Shown: positions 51,816 to 64,000 of the stretch, in pieces
How positions within the stretch are numbered: the first letter of the stretch is position 1
How the letters are laid out: the number at the start of each line of letters is the position of its first letter
Assembly (NCBI RefSeq): GCF_001194135.2
Contig: NC_068982.1
Span: 37,210,466-37,274,465 of the forward strand
DNA: 64,000 bases
From: Octopus bimaculoides
Taxonomy: Eukaryota
Direction: 5' to 3'
Notes under the pieces: generated by a model
The model's database searches: none
Told to the model about the DNA's origin: nothing
What the model saw: the letters and a program-made list of their open reading frames with translations, nothing else
Program-made: the position numbers and the translations under genes

Positions 51816-54800
51816 ATGATGGTGATGATATACATGCGTATGTATTGTATACATACACATAATACTTCCTACTGCACAGTTTCGTTTCCTCAAGGCTGCT
51901 ACACTGTTGGATGGAACTCAGAACTCCATGATTTGAAAGAGATCTTCATAACCACCAACCTGTCTCCTGGCTTACTTTTGATATGCTCAATCCTAGCAGA
52001 TATTAGCTGTAATAGAAGCTTTACTTACTATTGCTTTGCCATAGTGTTTTGTAATTTAATTTTCAGTTTTGTCTTGAGCAGTTTTACTTTTGTTTTGGTG
52101 CTTCTTCCTCTTCAAATTTATCTGTCACTTCAACCTCCATTCTCATACCTTTTGGCTTCCTTAAAGACAGAAGACAGTTTCTTTTGTTCATGTTTATTAG
52201 ATATCTGTGACAGCTTGTCTTTATTTCTTTACTAGACAGTTTTGTATTTCTACTGTAGATATTCAATATTAAGCTTTCAATTACTGAAGTCCTTTATATC
52301 ATTGTCTTCATGATAAATATACTTCCTCAGTATAAAATCTTGAATTGTCATCTTTATTTTTCTTACTTTTTTCTTTATTCTTGATAATCTAATTAATGTG
52401 TTCTTAACAATACACAGTTATTACTTACAACTGCGACAGCTAAAATATTGGTACCTACAAACTCATTTACTTTTAACGTGCAGTTTACTTTTAAATATTA
52501 ATTTGAGTCATCTTTAATATTCCTGCTGTATTTTTTCTTTTTCTTTTTTTCCTTTGTGCTTTACATTCTGTTTATTTTATGTATTTGTAACTTTGAGCTA
52601 TTGTTTCTCATTTGCCCATAACATGTTGGATATACCTTCTTATCCTATTCATGCCCAATGTTTCTTGAACACACAAGGAGAATGATACTGTGACGATAAT
52701 CCTAAGCTATTCTCTGACTCCTCTCTCATGATAATTGGTTATAGCATTATCATCAGTAATAAATTGTTATAACCATAAAACTTTTACATATATCGCTTCA
52801 GCTCTCCAAGAAAGATGTTTTCTTAAAGGAAATAGTTTTTTTTTTCTCCTTTTTGTCTCAAATTTTAGAAAGACACAATATTGTACTTTTTAAACTAGGG
52901 TGTGTTTGTGTGTGTGTGTTTTGTAGAACTAAATAGTGAAATTTTCATAAATTTAATGCCTTTAGGTGTATTTAACTACTTGGTTTTCTTCAGCCAACTT
53001 CAGTTTAATTTTCTATTTATTAATATAAAGCAGTGTAAATGATCAGTCAAGGATAATGTTATAAGTATAATAGTAATGTCTTGGCATTTTAATTTTGGAA
53101 GTGCTTGAAACTTCTTTGTTCATTTAGAAGACTCTGGAGGTCATTGAGTTTATAGTGGCAGTTATTATATCTCTCTAAATAACATTTTTCTGGGTTATAC
53201 ATAAATTATTATTCATTGATTAATTGTCATCCTTGGCATTTCCTTCATGTTATTGTAATTTAAATCTAAACAAATTATTCTACATTTTCTTTCAAAATCA
53301 TAGATTCTATCCAATAAAACAAAAGAAAAAAATATCATGGAAACATTCATGCTGGTTTAACAATTTTAGTGGCCACCTTAAAAAGAAAACAAATGTTCAA
53401 AATAGATGGTTGAACTATATAAATGGTATGACAAATACTATTAGTCATCCAGAATTTTGTTATCCTGTTCCTAAAAATCCAGAAATAAAAAGAGTTACTT
53501 AAGAGTAAAAGAAGGTTGATCAATAATATGAGAAAATTTTTTTAATAGTGAACTGCCTTAAATTTTACATATAAAGCATTTTCTTTAGGGAAAAAGTAGA
53601 TTATTGAAATGATCTAAATTGTATACTTGAAATTTAAATTTTTTTCCTCATTCCATATCATATCCTGCTTTATCCACATTTTTTTTGTAGGCTGATCTTC
53701 AGATATTCAAATTTAACATCGACTACATTGAACTCACCTATCTGGTTATACTTGAAATGGTTCATGTACACTGTCAATTCTTTTCTAAATTTTATTTCTA
53801 CAATGCTGCAAATCTATGTTAATTTTAAGCACTTAGTGGGAAATTCTTAAGTTTATGCTTCATTCTGCATAGTGAGTTTATTTGACTTTATTTTACTGCT
53901 CTCCATTCTAGAAATAATGGGTTCATTTAAGAAATTCAACTTTCTAAATTGAAGTTCTTTAAACTGAATATCATCATAACCATTTCAATTTCCATTTTAT
54001 CATGCTTGCATGGGTTAGGCAGAATCCATTGAGGCATATTTTCTATGACTAGATACTCTTCTTGTCACTTGTTTTTAAGCAAGATTTTTTTTTTCATGGC
54101 TAGGCTTGTTTCCACAGAAAATTTGAAATTAATAATACCACTAGTATGTTTATGGTGCTTGTTTACAACTAATGCACTTTGTCAAGATTAAGAGACACAC
54201 ACACACACACATGATGGACTTCTTACAGTTTCCATTTACCAAATCCTCTCAAAAGTTTTGCCTGACCCATGGCTATAGTAGAAGATATTTGGCCAAGTTG
54301 CCACACTATGGAACTGAATTCAAAAATATGTGGTTTGCAAACAAGTTTCTTCATCATACAGATATGCCAAGAAAGAATGATTTGACATTCTCAGCAGTTT
54401 GCATCCCTCAAGAGTCACAACTGTCCAAACTTTTGTATCCCTGAATTTAAAAACTTGTGTTTTTTAACTGCATAGGCTTTTAATTTTCACTATTGCTTTT
54501 TGTCTCAAAGCCTTGGAATTTGATAACATTTAGATATTTCCAGCTATTCAGTTTGCTCTTTTAAGCACATTGGTTTGTATTCTAAGGAAAAGATTTGTTA
54601 AAATGAATTTAATTTTAAGTCATCTGCTGAAATCAAATATTTTTGGAGTTCATTAATACCTTTAAGTATGCTTTTATATTCACTGAAAACTCTACTTGAA
54701 ACATTTGATAATGTTTACTCTTACTCAATTTAATGAAAGGGGAAGTATCCATCAAGGGTTTTCAGTTTACCAAAAACTTGAAGAGAATTTTCAGTGTTTT

Positions 54801-57685
54801 AGTAATTATTTTTAATAGAAGCAACACACCACCAAACTAAACATAAATAAATAGCATAGTATGTTGGCTATTTCCTATACACTCAGAATTCAAATTCTGC
54901 TGAGGTTAACTTTATCTTTCATTCATTCTACATTAATAAAATGATAATCAGTAATGTATCAATTACACTATTTCCCTACAAAAATGTGTTTGTGTCTGGC
55001 TAAAAGAAAATATCATCCCTGTCAGATTCACCATCTTTAAGAAAGACAAGCAATTGCAGGAAACCAAGTAAAATTATTTTGATAGCTATTTAAAAGATCT
55101 TCAATGAAATAACCCTTTTTTAAAAATTGAATCAGTAAAATTTATAATAATTGGTATTGTTTGTTTTAGAATAAAGACAACTATCTACAAAAGAGTTTCA
55201 TGAAATCTTGTCTTAATGCATGAAGTGAGAGTTTCTCTGAAATTATAGCCATGATATGATATCATGTAATAAGCTTAAATATGTAGTTAATCACAAAGCT
55301 TTAACTAGTCTATGAGAAAATAAGAGGCTCTGATACTTATTTCTGCCTCTTTAATTCTGAACAACTTGAAATTCAGTTACTTCCATATCTTATATTTACT
55401 TTTATCTGTATTTATCTAAAATTGTAGAAATCTAAAGATGATGAAAACTGAAGTATTTGGGGGTGGGGAGGGAATTGGTTAATCTTCTTTTTTAATTGAC
55501 CTTGTCTTTGGAGATGGTCAATACAATAGTAATTAAAATTTGGAGTGACTTATCTGCAGCAAATTATAACTACTTGCAAGCACCATTTGATATTTTAGGA
55601 AAATGAAAGTATTGTATATAAAACTTGTTAGAAGCTTTTAAAATTAATTGCTGCAAAACAAATTGGAAGAATACAGTGATTTGTCCATTCCCATAGTTAC
55701 ATTTAATTCATGAAGAGCTTGTTAAAGGTGATTATTTTCTTTTAATATTAACTGCATTGAACTTACCATACTTCATTATGGTCTTGAAGCTTAATACATG
55801 TGTGTATGCATGCACACACATACACGTGTATGTGTGTATGCATATTAAAACCCAAAGTGCAATGAAATTATTGGCAGTTTATATTGGCAAAAATTGCTTA
55901 GTTAAGAAATATATATTAAATAACAATAGCAGTTAATTTAATAACTTATCAATTTTCCTGATACATTTAATGTGGAATGCGTTTATTTAGAATTAACAGT
56001 AATAATCACTGATATATTGTAGAAAATGATTGTCTTTTAATATTTTTACTGCTATTCTGGATTTTAAGTGTTTTATATGAATGATATATGATTTTCAAAT
56101 AGCCAGATGTAGATGTTTTTTGTTGTATGATAAGGGATAACTTATAATATATAGCCAATTGTGAAATTAATGGGTGTTCTGTAGCTTTTCCCTCTCAGCA
56201 CTTTTATTTCTGGAGAATTTTATATCTATCACTATACAGGATTTGTCGCTAAAATATAACAGCCAAATTTTTTATAAATAATTTATATCATAGCTGAATC
56301 ATTTTGATTCTTGCAACAGTTACCATTTTCTTTCTCTTATTCCACTCAAGTCTAAAATTCCATTGAAAATTCAGTGAGTTTACATGACTGCAACCAAAAT
56401 CATACTAACATTATTAATATTCATATTGATTTTAAATATCTGTTTTCACATTCTGTTTTCTTTACACATGTCAACTATGGTATGTTCTCGAGACTGGAAA
56501 TAAAAAAAACTTTATGCAGATGCAGTTTTTACTTGATAGAAACCTTTTTTTTTTTCTTTCTTTCTTTATCAAGGCCTAGTATAAGAACATTCAACAATTT
56601 TCACAATTTCTGTCAATTTGAAATAATTATTCACAATTTCTATGATATAACAATACCAATATACACTAGCACCTGCATAACCTCTCTCCTCCTTTACTGC
56701 CATCACTAATCTGAAATTGGAAATAAGAGAAAAATGGGAATAAGTGAAAGGAACTGTTGGAAGTTAATTTCTTGTGACTTTTTCAAAGCTGATGTTGACT
56801 TCTTAGATTCTAAAGCTTATACACAGAATAAATCATTGTTCTGAATGTTCCATATTGATTATCTCTTTTCTTTGCAAAAGGGAGATCTGCTTTTGCAAAT
56901 GAACATTCCAAGAACATAACTGTAGATATCACCTGGCCATAAGTATTTTGGTGCAATTATATCTAAATTGTAACAAAAACAGCTCGTATAACCTTCTGAT
57001 TTTCATTCAGACATTATTATTTCTTCAAATGAGCCACAGCTAGTCATTTTGTAAATGATTATCTATAATCAAAAATAATTCCTTATGGTTGGAAGTTTAT
57101 TCAAGTTAGTTCTATGTTAATGGTTAATGATGTTACCACCAAAAATATATTGCCGTTTATTGAAACAATTGTGCCAACCCCTTTCAAAATACAGCCATAA
57201 AGAAATTATATTAACAATTTCAAATGTTGTCTCAAAATTTTATAAGAAAAAGATGTTTTCTCAATGTTATTAACTAAATTGGTTTTATTTAGCTCTCATG
57301 TCCCAAGTTTCAGCCTAATTCTGTATCATAGGCGATAATGACTGATCACTTTTATGTTATTCATTGTCGATTGTAAAAAAAATTCCTCTGGGATTGATTG
57401 ATCTATCTAATGAAAACCCAGTTGCCACAGTTAAGTTGTTAATTATTCACATTTATCTGTAAATGGTTGTTATGACTCAAATAGTCATTATTGACTATTT
57501 GTTTTTTTGGTGTTTGTGAATTCATTAATTTTACATCATGTAAGGAATGGTCCTGAAATTTGTAGATTGCCATTTTTTCCATTTGTGGACAGAAATATAT
57601 AGATCAGTTGCTCATGAAGCAGAAAGGTCTGTAAATGTATAAATCAAATTAGACACTAATATATACCAACTTAACCTACATCTAT

Positions 57686-57747
57686 AATTACACAGCATGA
57701 TAGATTTAAGGCATACAATTACACAGCATGATAGATTTAAGGCATAC
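57686..57747 (+). repeat. Perfect 31-bp tandem duplication
   Basis: aattacacagcatgatagatttaaggcatac twice. Confidence 0.95.
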
Positions 57748-59037
57748 ATGTTAACAACAAATGCTAGAGTTGGGTATTTAAGTTGAACTGTTTTTCTTTC
57801 TCACATGAACATTTATAAATAAATATTAAATTACATTTAGATTATTTTCATTTGGTTGGCATCCCGATTTAGTTCATGTTTAATATTTATTACATAGTTG
57901 TCAACAAATTTGAAAGTTTTTCTGAAACACATTACCTTAAAATATGGAGTTGATCCAGAAATAAGGGAACACATTTTACTCTAAACATTTCATTAAATTA
58001 CATCTTGTCAGAAATATTTGCATGGCCCTACCAAATGAATGATATTACCAATCTTTATTTTAATAGTTGATCTTGAAAAATATATCTGTCTACTGTTCTT
58101 TGATTACCCCTAATATCCAAAGAACATTATCAGTATTTGTGGGGTTTCTTAAGATTTACTTCATCTTTTATATTGGAATCTGATCTGAATTCTTTTAATA
58201 CTTTTAAATATTTCTTTATCTTGCTAAATACTTCAATCCCTCCTACAAACTTAATCAGCTTTTGTTATATGCTAGGCACTATTGATTTTTAACAGATGTA
58301 TCTGTTTTTAAAAAGTAAAAATATTGAATTCTTTAATGTATATAAAAGAAATATACCCTCTTTTTATGTGTGTATGTATGTATGTATATATATATATATT
58401 TCTTACAGAAAATCAGTTGCAAACCTTTAAAGACTTGAATTTCATTGCTATTAACTGCAATACTAGTTAATATTCAAGGGATAAAATTAAATTTATGATT
58501 CCTTCTATTTTCTTTTAATTCTAAAATCAGATCTTTTTTACTCATCTGTAGTGGAGATAAAATATTGGGTTATTTATTCAGTGAAAGAAAGAAATTATGA
58601 TTAAAATAAGAATGTTGTTTACTTTTAAAATCTTGTAAATTTATGTTAATAATGATGGTATTAATCCTTAGTTCAATACTTCAAATGATCTTACTTAGGA
58701 ACTGTATTCATAAAAGTTTTAAAAACTACACTGTCTTATGTAGCACAGTCTAGAAATAGATGGAATTGTTAATGTTGAGAAAGGAATGACAGCTCTCCAT
58801 CTGTTAGATCCTGAATGATTGAAATAGCTGAAATGAAATATGGATAAAGAGTTTTTTAATAATTATATACCAAAGGAGTTTAACAAGTATTCAAGATAGT
58901 TGACTTACCTGAAGCTGTAGTCATATAATTTCTTCATTGTCATCAATAGCATTGTTATTCATCCCCATTTTAATGTCTTCATGTTTTGTTTTATATTTTA
59001 TGTCATTAAAGGTTTTCCTTCCATATTTGCGTCAACT

Positions 59038-59254
59038 TACAGGGGTATTGGAAAGTTCATGGCTTCGGGTTAAAGAAAATACAGGAGGATCAGTTAATTA
59101 TGATCTTATTCAACATATTCCTCTCTCAGATCCACAGTTATTGCAGTGGTCCTTCAGTTTTTCTAAGCCCTGTAAAAGAACGCAAAAGGTTGGGCCTCCA
59201 ACCAGACCTTTCATGATATCTTTCAAGCCAGGAACTTTTCAACACCCCATCGTA
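59038..59254. mobile_element. Mariner-derived MITE, inverted relative to 13928-14121
   Basis: TIRs tacaggggtattggaaagttcatggctt / aagccaggaacttttcaacaccccatcgta; interior homologous to the 13.9-kb copy. Confidence 0.75.
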
Positions 59255-61292
59255 TGCTTTTTTTAAAAATAAGTTTGGTCTGAAGGAAGGGACTTTCTCT
59301 AATGGCTTTCACAGGATCTCTAATATGGTCTACTTTTGTACATACCTAGAAACCCTTTGTTACAATCAGTACTAGTAATATCATCTTAAAAGCTAAACTC
59401 TGTTACTTCTAGCAAAAGCAATCAAAATGCCCCATTGTCTTGTTGCTCCAGTTGTGGTTCTTTATCAGAGTTCCAGAGAATCCTCTATACTTTTTGCATG
59501 CTTATTGTTTACTTTGACTATAAAGTGTTGATCTGCTTATCTTCTTTTCTACATATTCAGAAAAATCATCTACAAGATTGAACTTGACCGAATAAGAGTG
59601 CTCCTTTATGTTCATCCAATCTGCCAGAACTATCAGTCCAATTTCTCTTGCATCATGTCATAGCATCATTAAGCTGATCATCATTAACCCAACAAAAAAA
59701 AAAGGGAACAAGTTGAAAACAAAACTATTCAAATATTAATAAAGGCAACTATTTAAAATTAACTTAATTAAAGGAAGCCTTATTTGAAGATAAATTTGAA
59801 ACAAACTTAGAAATATCACCATTCTTAAACAGTAGACTTAATGAAGTTGGAAGCATTCATTGAGTGTACTTCAAGATATACAAAAAGAGAAAATAGACAT
59901 GTGGAATGCCTTTTGACCATAAGTTTATTAGATCAGGGCTGACCTAACAACAACAACAATAACCAGATGAAGCAGTAATGTCACCTACTATGTCATCTTC
60001 TACTGAACTATTTTAATGTTTTCTTTTTGTTCTAAACCAATATGGATAGAGTATCTAGAGTGTCTGTGTTTCCATAGTCAAATGAATGTTGCAAATCACC
60101 GCAATAATCGAATGGACCCCATTAGCAACCTAATTAGATAAGGAATCAACACTGTTCCACTTCATTTATGTTTTTTTCTGTTTCTTGATTTTGTCTAGAA
60201 CTAAGTTGTCATGGTAATATAGTATAGATTCACATGAACTTATCTTTCTGTCTCTGCTTCTAATCTTTATACTAAATAAAATACCCATTATCTTCTGATC
60301 CAGTTTGATGCAAAATTATCGACCCCTGCAAATAACATCCTCAACTTCTTTTATTTAAATATGATGATCTCTTTTTAGTTCATTATTTGAATTGCTTCAT
60401 AAATATAAGGCCATTGATCTACTCCCAAAATTACTTAGTAATCGTCCATCCTTACTATACATTATGTTTGCAAATGACATGGAATTCAAAACTATTGATC
60501 ATTGGTGATATATATTTAATATATTGGGAATGTTTGCCAACTTTTGGAGATTTTCTCCAAAAAAAAAAAAATGTATGTACTAGCTTTTAAAATTCAACAA
60601 GTGGCTTCCAATTCCATTTTAGTTTACTGCTTCTTAAGGGCAGTGAAATTTCAAAATTTCTTTCAGCTTTATCTCCAAGTATAATTTTAATTAGCTGCCA
60701 TCATTGAGTGGTTTCATTTTTATAGAGGGTGAAGGTAATAGTTTTGCAGTTTCAAATTGTACCCTTTTCTTTTAACAGAGAACCTTTCTATCTACTAAAC
60801 AATACAATAAGTTAGTTGGTGGCTGGGTTAGTGATGATTAGTTCATTGACCTGTAGTAATGGGTTCAAATCATACTATAGCTACCTTTATCATTTCATCT
60901 TTCTGTGTGTCAGTAAAATAAATATTTGCAATAAATGTATTAGGGTAAGTGGTCAAATATTGATCCATATCAAACATTGAGTTTATAAATCACTTTTCTG
61001 TCAGCTATTTCTGCTTGATTAGAACTGACCAGTGTTACACAACTGCAACAACAACAATCATTGTTCATTCTGCAGTGATAGCCATTCAAATCCACACGCC
61101 ATCTAGTTAAATTCATTTTCCTTTACAAAGACATCAAACCTATGCACAACTGTATTCTGAAAGAAAACAAAAAAGGAAGGAATGAAGGTTGTTTACATAC
61201 AAAGAGTAGGTACTATTGGGGCTTTTTGACTTTTGTGTTGCTTCATTTTCTTAATATGGAAATTTTCTTTCTAGTGCAGAAAACAAGGAGAC

Positions 61293-61340
<48 letters not shown>

Positions 61341-61649
61341 CTCTTGTAAGAATCATTCATAAACTGTCATTTTTCAATGTAGCTGTTGATAAAAATAGCT
61401 ACCCCCACCCAATATATTTTGTGATTTGTAGATTATTGTTTTTGTTGTTGTTATTTTACCTAAAGTCAGAATTAACAGTTGGCTATTTGATTTTATAGTT
61501 CTGCACATTATGATTAATAATCAACGTTATCTTAATCTCTTCTAATCAATGAAACATGATTCTTGTGGATTTTTTTCCTTGTTTTACTTCATCATCATCA
61601 ACCACCAGTGTATATATACACATGCATGCATGCACTCACACAAACACAC

Positions 61650-62507
61650 ACTCATTAATCAGCTTCTTAAGATTTTGCATTCTTGAAAATGGAGCAATGT
61701 AGCTGTCTATTTTTCATCAGCTTAGGTAGTATATGAGGACACTGCTGTACAGAAACAGCAAAGCTGATACTAACAAATGCAAGGCAAGCCCTTGTGGTTG
61801 TTACAGAAGAGGAGAAGGGAGAGGCTAGTGCTGGTGTGGTGAGGAGCTGCTAACAAAAAGCTCTGAAGGCAGACTTTCATTCATCATTCCATCAATTAAA
61901 ACTTACCTCTCAGTTCTGTGCCTTCCTTCTATCTACCTCTGTAGTTCTCACTGCCACTGCCCACGTATCCCCCATAACATATGCATCCCTTTCCTCTTTC
62001 CCTATGCTCATCATTCTAATATTGTATAATCCACAGAAAGCAAACATGATGTAAAAAGATTCTCTATTTTTGTTGTTGTTATATCTATCTACTGCTAGAA
62101 CTGATGCTTGCCTAGAAAATGTTGGATTGACTACTGTATTACAGCAGCAGCAACAGCGTCTTCAACATGTACAACATTTCTGCCTCATTTTATCGGGGAA
62201 AAAAATCTGTCTCCATTTAGCTGTTGCTATTACTGTCCGTGTGATTGCATTAAGTCCTTGCTTTCACAACAAGCACTACTCCTGTTACCAGACCTGTTGT
62301 TGCTATACATATATATATTGAGAGAGAGAGAGAGAGAGAGAGATAAATATATATATATATACATAGAACAGTTACAGATCACTCCCCACCTACATTATCC
62401 TTCTTGTCATCATCATCATCTGGTTGTTGTGAGGAATGGTTCTATTAGGTTGGCTAACCCATTGACGACGACTACGACTATCATGAGAGGTGCTCGGCCT
62501 GGCTGGT
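61650..62507 (+). promoter_or_regulatory. Possible internal promoter / 5' UTR upstream of the candidate exon
   Basis: No recognisable TE. GC content rises towards 62.4-62.6 kb, with CpG clustering and (AG)n/(TA)n/(CAT)n tracts. The regulatory role is inferred only. Confidence 0.25.
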
Positions 62508-62612
62508 ATGAAGAGGCATGGTCGCTATGGAGGTGGGAGGCCATCCTACCCTCTATTGTACAGATACCTGTACCTGCGGGCACGGCTTCAGTCACTGATA
62601 TATGCCAGGCAG
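62508..62612 (+). CDS. Candidate alternative first coding exon of a short Dp116-type dystrophin isoform: MKRHGRYGGGRPSYPLLYRYLYLRARLQSLIYARQ
   Basis: ATG at 62508, 35 open codons, donor CAG|gtaggt in phase 0. Locally GC/CpG-rich, not recognisably repetitive, and in the intron equivalent to DMD intron 55. No transcript evidence available. Confidence 0.45.
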
Positions 62613-64000
62613 GTAGGTAAAAGTTGTCATCCTCCATTTCTTTCTATATCTTGTCTTGTTGTGTTCTGTCTATTGCATAATGTATATAATTCCTACATTT
62701 GACCGACAAGGTAACATCTCAACCACTCTCAGCATTCGAAATTTGCACCTACACATATGTGTAGACATGTGCATGCACAATTGTATAAGTATATATGTAT
62801 GTGTGTGTGTGTGTCTGCTCATGCATACACACACATGCTGCACACAGATTTGAGTACAACATAAATATACTCTCTTCTCATGCACATACATACTCTAACC
62901 ATATTGATTGCCAGTTTGGTTGTATTTTTATTTGTTTTTATATACAGTTGTTTCTTGACAATACTTTAAATTCAGTATATCAGACTGACCAAACTCGTGT
63001 AGATGGCTTTATGCCATTCACTGTACCACTAACCTTATTTACTATTATAAGACAAACTTTTAGGCTTTCAAATTTGTTTATCTATTCGAAGCTAAAATTT
63101 TGTATAATATACACTTCAAAATTTTACATAACTTTTTATATAGATTTTTTTCTTAAAGTTATCTTATTTTAGCTTTCTTTAATATTTTTTCATTACTGTT
63201 ATTGACTTCTGTCCATTAAAATTTCTCTTCATTGTAAATATCTCACAATGTTATGTGATGTAAATGAATTATTTTGATAGTTCTATCAAAAGAAAACAGA
63301 TTTCATGCTCTTGTGACATCACCGTCAATGTAAATATTTAATGTTAATTTCATCTAACTTTGACAAACTTTAGATTAATATTAAAATAATAATTTTTTAC
63401 TTTTTCCAATTTCTACTCTTCTGTTTTTTTTTGTTTGAATATTTTGGGTTTATATTTATTTATATTTTTTTGTTTTTCCCCACTTCTTCTTAAGTTACTT
63501 TTAATTATTTATTATTTATGCTGTGAAAAATTAAAGCAATAACTATTTTAAAAAAGAATTTGTTCATCTTTTCAATAATAAATCTCATACCTCAAAAACA
63601 GGAAAACAACTCATGCAGGTTAAAAGTAGCAGTTTAGTTTTGGATTTCAAAGTCATTTTGAAAAATATTTAAATGTGTATAAGTTGCAAAAGATAAACTA
63701 AACAGTTTGTTTTTAACTAGTTATTTAATAGAATGTTCTTCTACCATGATTTTTGTAACATATTCTGTCTAAGTTGTTAGTTGCATATAAGTTATTATTC
63801 TATATAAGGAATAAATTATTTAACACCTTCGATAGCCTTGGACTTCATATATTTCTATTTTATTTTAAATTCCTCTTTATATTACATAATAAACTTTATT
63901 TTTTATCATTAGATAAGAATGTTGTACTGAAATCATTTTCTTGTTGTTATTTCAAACTGAACATTTTTTTCAAAGGTTAAGTTATTTGTTAAACAATCAT

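Noticed and set aside
55805-55845. Palindrome acacacatacacgtgtatgtgtgt (similar AT-rich palindrome near 9190)
   Set aside because: Expected from adjacent complementary microsatellites or low complexity.
56468-56485. ATG TCA ACT ATG|GTATGT micro first-exon
   Set aside because: Too short to tell apart from chance; no supporting context.
41219-64000. Search for an exon-56 equivalent (DLQGEIEAH-like) or a nested protein-coding gene
   Set aside because: None seen; listed ORFs are low-complexity or TE-derived.
1-64000. CRISPR arrays, rRNA, intact tRNA genes, prokaryotic operons
   Set aside because: None seen; the window is eukaryotic intron-rich DNA and the tRNA-like fragments are SINE heads.

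Overview
AT-rich animal genomic DNA, most likely a cephalopod such as Octopus. This is inferred from the (TA)n/(CAT)n microsatellites, N-gaps next to microsatellites, and the RTE, SINE and mariner repertoire. The whole window lies inside a plus-strand dystrophin/utrophin-family gene. Eleven GT-AG coding exons (3753-41218; 1870 nt, one continuous frame of about 623 aa) encode spectrin-like rod repeats matching human DMD exons 44-55, with the same splice phases and five exons of identical length (176, 150, 118, 155, 190 nt; human sizes recalled, not computed). No exon-43 or exon-56 equivalent was found, so the gene extends past both ends. The introns hold decayed RTE, CR1-like and R4/Dong LINE pieces, SINEs, three mariner relics and several MITEs. 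The best lead is a GC/CpG-rich patch at about 62.4-62.6 kb in the intron equivalent to DMD intron 55. It reads ATG...CAG|GTAGGT in phase 0 (MKRHGRYGGGRPSYPLLYRYLYLRARLQSLIYARQ) and is a candidate internal first exon of a Dp116/G-utrophin/Dp186-type short isoform. It needs transcript confirmation. All calls were made by eye; no database searches were run.
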